A stretch of DNA of 64,000 nt from Tortispora ganteri (taxonomy: Eukaryota). The notes under the pieces are model-generated. The model was not told where the DNA came from. It was given only the letters and a program-made list of their open reading frames with translations, and ran no database searches. A program made the position numbers and the translations under genes. The DNA is taken from contig PPNB01000008.1 of NCBI GenBank assembly GCA_003707115.1, positions 186,001 through 250,000 of the forward strand, read 5' to 3'. Position 1 is the first letter of the stretch. Every line of letters starts with the position of its first letter. Shown piece by piece: positions 57,319-64,000 of the stretch.

Positions 57319-58098
57319 TCACCAGAAATCATCTTCAATATTTTCGGATGTGGTGAGATTAGACGTTTGTCGCATTGAATCTTCGTCAGCAAAGAAATCA
57401 TCATAAGCGGACTGTTGTTGCTTCTTCTTCTGGGCTTCTGCTTCTGCTATTTCTCGCTGCTTTTTCTCTCTTTCTTGCTGTTCCTTTTTCTTTTTGGCGT
57501 TCTGTTCGCGTTGGTAGTCGTTGCGCTCCTTTTGCAGATCCGGGAAAGATTCCTTTTTTGTCTTTTCAAGACGGTTAATAATTGCATTAGTGCGGGTTGG
57601 CACCAATATGCGTTTAACGAGCCGCGGGTTCTTGAACCCTACCTGTCCTGCAACCATACTTCCATCCTTGTGTAAATTTGTCCAAGGCGTGTATATTACG
57701 GTAATATTATCTATTTTGTTGCCTTGTATAGAATTTGCCTTCGTAAGTTGTGCACAGTCCTCGAGCACCTCCATAGGAATGTTCTTCCAATCGTCGTTCT
57801 CTTCGAGACGGAGATAAACATGCGCGGAAGAATGTGCATCTACATGGAACTATTCAGTTAGTCATTATCTTGGAATAAAGTAGATAATACGTACCCTGCA
57901 TTGTTAGTACACTGCCGAACCGCCCAGATCAACTACTACTTACCATACATCGATCGGAAGACCATACTTGATTAAAAGCTCGTCTAATTGTTAGTTTGTG
58001 CAATACAAAACCATGAATACTTACATACTCTCTTCCTTGTGCTTTCCCATATAAAGCTGGTAGCTTTTATTGTGTTTTGAAGTGAAATAATAGACCAT
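57319..58098 (-). CDS. JLP2: NFACT-R domain protein Jlp2/CCDC25, 213 aa; exons 58098-58029, 57983-57944, 57895 (1 nt), 57849-57319
   Basis: Spliced product MVYYFTS...[36 protein letters not shown]...DCAQLTKANSIQGNK...YTPW...GQVGF...EDDFW; 642 nt, frame intact. Confidence 0.92.
57850..57894 (-). other. JLP2 intron 3 (45 nt)
   Basis: GTACGT...GACTAAC-TGAA-TAG. Confidence 0.9.
57896..57943 (-). other. JLP2 intron 2 (48 nt)
   Basis: GTAAGT...TACTAAC-AATG-CAG. Confidence 0.9.
57984..58028 (-). other. JLP2 intron 1 (45 nt)
   Basis: GTATGT...AACTAAC...TAG; removal joins A|AC to give the conserved EN. Confidence 0.92.
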
Positions 58099-58234
58099 TG
58101 CGGTGTGATGTGCAAGAGAAGGTTTTTGTCGGGGTCTCGACAATGCGGGTTAAGGTACCTTTTTAATCATATACTAGACGCTTTAGAAACAAATATACAA
58201 TAATTTTTTCTTTTATTCATAGAAGTTACGCCGA

Positions 58235-59401
58235 TTATGCAGAGGTCGAGCTTTGACCGGCCTCGCCGAGCGTCTCTTCGAGTGCCTTGAGAGCAGCATC
58301 CAACTGGTAGCTGTACGTGGACACAGAAACACCCATATGACCTAAACGAATATAATTCGCAGCTATACCTTTGATCAAACCGCCAGCAAGAAAAACACCT
58401 TTACTTGCAAGCTTGGGGATAACATCGGGGCCGGTCAGTCCATTAGGAAGATAGATAGTAGTTAAGCCGTGAGCCTGATCTTCTGACTTCGAGGGGATCT
58501 GCTTAAGACCCAATCTGGCAACAACAGCTTTGGCCTTGTTTGAGCCTTCAATATGAGCGGCAAAAGTTTTATCGATACCTTGAGCGAGGATCAGTTTCAG
58601 CGAGGCGTGTAGAGCTAATATGTTCTGCACTGCCTGCGTAGAGAAGTACATTGGTTTTCCGTCTTCGTTAGAGCGCATAACAGGTAGCCACTTCGCAAGA
58701 GAAACGTAGTATGCGTGTACAGGCGCCGTGCGATTCTCGAAGGCCGCAATAGCCCGATCCGAGAGCTGCAGAACCGACAGGCCAGCTGGCGCTCCCAGAC
58801 CTTTCTGCGAGGCAGTGAGAACAACGTCAAGATCCCATGCGTCAAAGCGAATCTCCTCAACGGCCACTGAACAGACACCGTCGACTACGATTAAAGTGTT
58901 TGGCGAGACCTTGCGGATGGCCAGAGCGAGGTCTTTGAGCGGGGACAGGACACCGGTAGAAGTGTCGACATGCGTGATGACGACGGCGCGGTACTCAGTG
59001 GCCTTGAGCGCCTCAACAGAACGGTCAACATCAGGAGCGGCACCAAGGTCAAAACGAACGTGATCCACTGAAGCACCGTAAGCGGCTAGACAGTCGGCAA
59101 ATCCATCCGAGAAATAACCGATATTGAGCACTAGGACCTTTTCAGAAGGTTGAATAAGATTAGCTGCAACAACATCCCAGCCTACAGTGCCACCGCCGCT
59201 GAGAATGAGAGGTTGGCCTTTGCCTGGAGTGTTGTCGAGAACCTGTCGAACCATTTTGAGGGTTTCTGAGAAAACCTTGACAAAAGGGCCGGCGACGTGC
59301 GGAACAGACGGAGAAGCCATCGCTTGTGCCACTGAATCGTGGATCTCTATAGGTCCAGGAATCATAGAAAATGTGTGAGAAGGCTGCGATGACTGTTCCA
59401 T
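58235..59401 (-). CDS. AGX1: Alanine-glyoxylate aminotransferase (class V PLP enzyme); first ATG at 59401, possible non-AUG extension to 59446
   Basis: MIPGPIE, GGGTVGWD, THVDTSTGV, VDGVCSV, TASQKGLGAPAGLS, RLGHMG. Confidence 0.93.
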   Translation of the reverse strand: MEQSSQPSHTFSMIPGPIEIHDSVAQAMASPSVPHVAGPFVKVFSETLKMVRQVLDNTPGKGQPLILSGGGTVGWDVVAANLIQPSEKVLVLNIGYFSDGFADCLAAYGASVDHVRFDLGAAPDVDRSVEALKATEYRAVVITHVDTSTGVLSPLKDLALAIRKVSPNTLIVVDGVCSVAVEEIRFDAWDLDVVLTASQKGLGAPAGLSVLQLSDRAIAAFENRTAPVHAYYVSLAKWLPVMRSNEDGKPMYFSTQAVQNILALHASLKLILAQGIDKTFAAHIEGSNKAKAVVARLGLKQIPSKSEDQAHGLTTIYLPNGLTGPDVIPKLASKGVFLAGGLIKGIAANYIRLGHMGVSVSTYSYQLDAALKALEETLGEAGQSSTSA

Positions 59402-59866
59402 GATGTGTGAAGCAATGAGACGAATACGGTGAGCCAGGATGGGCAAGCTCGGCGGTGATGCGAACTTAGTGGAAGTACGAGAAGATAATTAGCGCACTAT
59501 AGAATAATTTCTATAGGATCAAAAGCGTCGAGCAGACAAAGAGACTATGGCTATGAGAGTGTTGGTTTAGCAAGTCTCAGTGGAGTTCGATGTTGAGTCG
59601 GAGAAAACGTAGTCGAATATAGACGATCAGTCAGCAAAAGGGATTGGTAAGAAGGCCCACCGAAGCGATGAATCTTTAAAGGCTGAAAAGAGTGGGGGAA
59701 CCAATAAGTGAAGCCGAGTGGTTCATTTTAGGGCGGTAATAAAGTTCCTACCAATCACACAATACACCTGGTGTGAAATGCCCAGAACCCTGATAGTCGC
59801 CGTTCGACTTCACCTTGCAGCCGGGCTAATATTAAGGGAAACACACGCTGACGCTAGTATTCGAGG

Positions 59867-60433
59867 ATGTTGGTATTAGCATTGGGCGATGCGCATATTC
59901 CAGACCGCGCGATTGATATACCGGAACAGTTCCAAAAGCTGCTGAAACCCGGCCGAATTGGACTGACCCTTTGTTTAGGCAACCTTACAGACAAAGCGAC
60001 GTTTGAGTATATTCGCGGAATAGCCCCCCAACTGGAAATAGTACGAGGGGATTACGACTTGATGTCAGGTCTTCCGCAGACTAAAGTTGTCGCCACTGGA
60101 AGTCTCAGAATAGGCATCACACATGGTCATAACACCATACCGCGAGGCGACGCAGATGCCCTGCTAATATTGGCTAGACAGCTCGACGTAAACGTTCTCC
60201 TGTTCGGCGGAACTCATAAGTTTGAGGCGTACGAACTCGATGGCAAGTTCTTCTTGAATCCTGGTTCCGTCACTGGAGCTTACAGCACAGAGAAGCCCAC
60301 TGATAGTCCAGGCATAGAAACTGTCCCGTCGTTCTGCTTACTCGATATCCAAGGTACGGAACTGGTACTATACGTCTACAGCCTAGTCGATGGACAATTA
60401 AAAGTAGAAAGGATAAAGTATCGCAAAGATTAA
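59867..60433 (+). CDS. VPS29: Retromer subunit Vps29
   Basis: LGDAHIPDRA, CLGNL, VRGDYD, FLNPGSVTGA, PSFCLLDIQG. Confidence 0.96.
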   Translation: MLVLALGDAHIPDRAIDIPEQFQKLLKPGRIGLTLCLGNLTDKATFEYIRGIAPQLEIVRGDYDLMSGLPQTKVVATGSLRIGITHGHNTIPRGDADALLILARQLDVNVLLFGGTHKFEAYELDGKFFLNPGSVTGAYSTEKPTDSPGIETVPSFCLLDIQGTELVLYVYSLVDGQLKVERIKYRKD

Positions 60434-60455
60434 AAATAGCTTGTTGCTATTATGA

Positions 60456-61298
60456 TTAGCGACGTTTTGATTTGGCTTTGACTTGTGCCAGCACTTGAGC
60501 CTGTACCTGTGACAGTTCTTCTACTCTATTTTCATTAATATCTCCAACCTTCTGATACAATCGCCCTGATCCAACTTTTCGAGATTTGACTTTCCTTTCG
60601 CCATCGCTCGAATCGTCGGCGCTGTCTCCTGGCGGCGTTAGCTCACCTTCTGCGGGTTTGAGCGAGTCTTTCGCTAATTCCGTAACGTTCTCCCGTCCAT
60701 TTAGTTTCTTCTCCAGTCGTCCTAAATTTAATGGCGGCCTTTCTAAGGCGGGCTGATCGTCAATGGGCTCACCGGAATCTCTTGCCGCAAGCTCATACGA
60801 GCTAAACTCTTTTTGATGCGTCATGCGGCTGTGATTGATGAAACCTTGCATCGTCGTGAATTTGTCCCGTCCACACACTTGACATACCATGCGAACAATT
60901 AAACCGTCCGACCGCTTATAGACATATTCAGGGGGTGGCGGCGGAGGACCAGTTTGCTCTACTGATGGCAAATGCGTGTCATAAGACGAGTTTCCTCTAT
61001 GTTTCGCTGACGATCTGGTAAAGTATTCGAATTCTGGTTTTGGCCGATTGGGGTTGGGCTCGTGGGTTTGCTCGATATTTTGCAGATAAGAAGCATAAAT
61101 CTCTGCAAACTCGTTCGGTTCGCCGCATTTCGCACGAGTGTCGGCATCCAACAGATTCGGCAGCGCTTTTTGTAATTGGACCATCATTACGTGAACTTTG
61201 GCGATTTCGTCTTCAATGGATCTTAGTTCGCGATGTTTGAGTAGTATCTCAAGATCGAACTGGTTTTGAATTGAATTTACAAGGTCCGAATTCTGCAT
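60456..61298 (-). CDS. AHC1: ADA histone acetyltransferase complex component Ahc1-like
   Basis: QFDLEILLKHRELRSIEDEIAK; KRSDG..VRMVCQVCGR.KFTTMQGFINHSRMTH zinc finger. Confidence 0.8.
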   Translation of the reverse strand: MQNSDLVNSIQNQFDLEILLKHRELRSIEDEIAKVHVMMVQLQKALPNLLDADTRAKCGEPNEFAEIYASYLQNIEQTHEPNPNRPKPEFEYFTRSSAKHRGNSSYDTHLPSVEQTGPPPPPPEYVYKRSDGLIVRMVCQVCGRDKFTTMQGFINHSRMTHQKEFSSYELAARDSGEPIDDQPALERPPLNLGRLEKKLNGRENVTELAKDSLKPAEGELTPPGDSADDSSDGERKVKSRKVGSGRLYQKVGDINENRVEELSQVQAQVLAQVKAKSKRR

Positions 61299-61565
61299 TT
61301 TTGAATATTTATAGACACTAGTGTCTCCATTAACTAGGGAGCGGCGAGTCAGTTTTGGAGAATTTTAGGTGAGGTGGTAATAAAGAGAATGGCAGGGCAA
61401 AGGGGCAAGAAGGAGCGGGAAAAAAATGTAGATCCGTGCCGTTGCCATAACAACATGCACATGTACAGCAGAAATTAGATATACGTACAGCGTAATAGCC
61501 TACTTTAACTATGTGACAAATTCCCATAGAGTAACCAGTATTTAAAAGAGTGTAAATCTGTGTAG

Positions 61566-61811
61566 ATGGAACTGCAGATTAGATCTGGGGACAAAATAGC
61601 ATCTCGAGTGAATCGGATACAGAAGCAGTTAGAAGAGGATGGGACTATAGAAGTTTTCAGCGAACATCAAGCAGCCGGGAAGCTGATCACGATAGTGGAG
61701 ATCGTTAAAAGAAAGCAGTCATTGCAGCAAAATAATGAGGTATACAAAAATGCAGATGGAAAGATCTATATGAGGATTGGCTTGCGTAAGAAGGTTCAGC
61801 AGCAGGAATGA
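61566..61811 (+). CDS. Small Alba-like nucleic-acid-binding protein (Rpp25/Pop6-like)
   Basis: KIASRV...AAGKLITIVEIVKR...Q.N...MRIGL pattern of the Alba fold. Confidence 0.6.
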   Translation: MELQIRSGDKIASRVNRIQKQLEEDGTIEVFSEHQAAGKLITIVEIVKRKQSLQQNNEVYKNADGKIYMRIGLRKKVQQQE

Positions 61812-61860
61812 AACAATGAAAAATGAAGATCACGTAAAAGTATGTAATGATCATGCCAAT

Positions 61861-62556
61861 CTAATCAAACGTATGAGCAGGTAGCTTTCGTAGTTTAGAT
61901 CGATTCCTAAGGGAGTAAGTTTTTGGTATCGGGTGGATATTGTCGATTGAGAGCGAAAGGTTTGAGAACGGTACTTTCGGAGTGGAGGCGGTAGGAGGAG
62001 ATGATGGTGGAGGCGTTTTGTTGTTCAACGCGTCTGCAGCAGGTTTAATAGGTTTCAAATTTACAGTGGTTCTCTCTTTCGCATATTTTTTGGTATTCTT
62101 TAAAGCGATGAGATGATTATTCTCAGAATTATAGTTGGAATTGGTGATCGATTTAGAGCGAGGGAGTCGAGTAGCACGGTGGCTAACTGCAGGAGTCAGT
62201 TCAGGAATGATTGCAGGCGGTGTTTTGTATTTAGACAGCAGATTTGCGCCAGAATTGGCACTGGTGTTGGTATTGATATTGGTATTGGTTGTTGATACAT
62301 GTTGTATTTTTGGATTTGCTGTTTTCTTTACAGACTTTCGCGTGTTTCGGGTGTGAATTCTTGTTTGATTGACGTTTAGATCAACATGGTCAGTTGAGGT
62401 TTCTGTAATTGGCCGAAGCACGCTAGCGAACTTGGTATTTTGTTTCAGTTTCCTATTTGAAAAAGCAATTTTAGCTGATATAGGAACGAATATACCGGAT
62501 TTATTAGAATTTGGTCTACTAAGCGGCGCCTGTGTGAGTTCGTCGTCGTCGTCCAT
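61861..62556 (-). CDS. Hypothetical basic, low-complexity protein (~231 aa)
   Basis: Uninterrupted ORF with acaATG context filling a gene-sized gap; no family recognised. Confidence 0.55.
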   Translation of the reverse strand: MDDDDELTQAPLSRPNSNKSGIFVPISAKIAFSNRKLKQNTKFASVLRPITETSTDHVDLNVNQTRIHTRNTRKSVKKTANPKIQHVSTTNTNINTNTSANSGANLLSKYKTPPAIIPELTPAVSHRATRLPRSKSITNSNYNSENNHLIALKNTKKYAKERTTVNLKPIKPAADALNNKTPPPSSPPTASTPKVPFSNLSLSIDNIHPIPKTYSLRNRSKLRKLPAHTFD

Positions 62557-62611
62557 TGTTAAAGTTGAAGTTAGACAACAAGACACAAGACTTTTTACCT
62601 TTTAATTGACC

Positions 62612-63127
62612 ATGCTCATCAGACAGGCGGAGGTCCGGGACCTTGTAGGAATGCAAAATTGCAATTTGCATAATTTACCTGAGAACTACGCACTAAAATA
62701 TTATTTATATCATGCACTTTCTTGGCCTTTAGCGTCATTTGTGGCCGAAGAAAACGGCAAAGTCGTTGGCTACGTGCTGGCAAAAATAGAAGAAGAACCG
62801 AGCGACGGCGTCCAACACGGCCACATCACATCTATTTCGGTACTACGAAATTACAGAAGGCTAGGAATTGCAAATAAGCTGATGAGAATGTCGTTACGCG
62901 TACTCCGAGACACATACGGCGCAAAGTACGTTTCACTACATGTACGAAAGTCCAATCGGGCGGCGCTGAACTTGTACAAGCGGTCACTTAACTTCACACT
63001 CGTCGATATCGAGAGTGGATACTACGGCGATGGTGAGGATGCATACCAGATGCGAAAAGATTTAAAAGAGCTAGAGGAACCAGAGTTTAACGAGCTGAAC
63101 AAGTTCAGTGCACTGAGGGTGCACTAG
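62612..63127 (+). CDS. ARD1: NatA catalytic subunit (Naa10)
   Basis: [54 protein letters not shown]. Confidence 0.96.
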   Translation: MLIRQAEVRDLVGMQNCNLHNLPENYALKYYLYHALSWPLASFVAEENGKVVGYVLAKIEEEPSDGVQHGHITSISVLRNYRRLGIANKLMRMSLRVLRDTYGAKYVSLHVRKSNRAALNLYKRSLNFTLVDIESGYYGDGEDAYQMRKDLKELEEPEFNELNKFSALRVH

Positions 63128-63144
63128 CTTGCCATCTCTCTCGC

Positions 63145-64000
63145 TCATATGTCATTGAGGGCGACGCAGATAGCGCCCTTATGGTGGCCGTTATACTGGC
63201 GTATTATCTGCGAAGAGGAAAGTTCCCATAACCGTGCGTAGTGGTCGCTAGACGCAGTGACCAGGTAGGCACTGTCTGCACTGAATGCGCAATCCCATAC
63301 CCATCGTTGATGGTTCGTCAGACTGGTCTCCAGGGTGAAGCCGTTGAGCGACCATATTCGTGCAGTGTGGTCTGCGGAACAAGTCGCTAGATGTTTCACG
63401 TCGGGCGAAATTAATGCCTTTGTCAAATATTTATTATGTGCACGCAGTTTAGTAACTGGATGCAAACTCGTAGCGTCATTCTCGTTAACCATTTTCCATA
63501 TATAGCAGTTGCCTTTGTTATTGCCTGCAACTAGCATCGATCCATCGGCGGCTACCGACACGGACCGCACAGGCACATCCTGCTCAGGAATGAGTTGGTG
63601 TGTACACGTACTTTCGCCCAGATCCCAGATCCGGATGTTGCCGTCTTGGTCGCCTGATATAAGTTCGCCCTGGTTGGGATGGATGACCACGTCGTTAACA
63701 GCCACTCCATGATGTTTGTAGTTTCTCTGCACAGTCGGAGTTCGCGTATCCCAGACTTTGACAGTTCCATCTTCGGAGCTTGTGACGAGCCATTTGCCAT
63801 CCGACTGGAATGCCACTGCCGTCACATTGTTCTTGTGGCCTTCGAATGTAATCACCGGATTCGGGTTCTGAGTGGTGATATCGTACAGCCTTACATGTAG
63901 GTGTCCAGCCGCCGCCAGAAATCTTTTATCAGGCGATATTGCCAATCTATTCACTTGCGAGCCAGGGTGTTGAATAGTGCGCGAACATATCCCCGACAGC
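63145..64000 (-). CDS. LST8: TOR complex subunit Lst8 (WD40); 5' end lies beyond the window
   Basis: Frame is open to the window edge: LSGICSRTIQHPGSQVNRLAI; HQRWVWDCAFSADSAYLVT; ends ALNDI. Confidence 0.96.
   Translation of the reverse strand, partial: LSGICSRTIQHPGSQVNRLAISPDKRFLAAAGHLHVRLYDITTQNPNPVITFEGHKNNVTAVAFQSDGKWLVTSSEDGTVKVWDTRTPTVQRNYKHHGVAVNDVVIHPNQGELISGDQDGNIRIWDLGESTCTHQLIPEQDVPVRSVSVAADGSMLVAGNNKGNCYIWKMVNENDATSLHPVTKLRAHNKYLTKALISPDVKHLATCSADHTARIWSLNGFTLETSLTNHQRWVWDCAFSADSAYLVTASSDHYARLWELSSSQIIRQYNGHHKGAICVALNDI

Noticed and set aside
57850..57943. Single 94-nt intron or nested stwintron instead of a 1-nt exon
   Set aside because: A single excision frameshifts the gene. 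Both introns have intact, uninterrupted splice signals, so neither is nested in the other's donor or acceptor.
59497..59690. U3 snoRNA-like text (TAGAATAATTTCTATAGGA)
   Set aside because: Box A/A' mismatched and boxes B, C and C' unconvincing; better explained as an 8-bp hairpin in the AGX1 leader.

Overview
Gene-dense, intron-poor fungal nuclear DNA. It is most consistent with a compact, early-diverging Saccharomycotina-type yeast (inference). CUG is read as Leu, e.g. in the conserved LST8 motif LSGICSRTIQH. Splice signals are yeast-like (GTATGT/GTAAGT donors, ACTAAC branch points). The window holds about 44 protein genes, mostly conserved housekeeping genes (GPI13, PSO2, ERG27, ISA1, ILV1, Pol kappa, PMT4, TAD3, PAC11, MET16, YOS9, AMD1, STT3, RBX1, VRG4, FPR3, MIH1, HEM2, RIX7, AGX1, VPS29, ARD1, partial LST8), and one intron-containing tRNA-Ile(AAT). 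I found no transposon, CRISPR or prophage. Best observations: (1) the JLP2/CCDC25 gene, mostly missed by the ORF track, can only encode its conserved DVWFH motif through a single-nucleotide exon (G at 57895) between two back-to-back introns; (2) AGX1 has a PTS2-like nonapeptide in frame upstream of its first ATG, reachable only from near-cognate TTG/CTG starts; (3) an oriented ACC(C/T)TA motif recurs just upstream of many genes; (4) there is an AT-rich island with a 139-nt G-free tract, plus repeated GC-skew inversions; (5) a GPI-anchored S41-type peptidase sits behind a 2.1-kb spacer; (6) gene packing is extreme, including overlapping stop codons. All family calls come from recognising motifs by eye, not from database searches.
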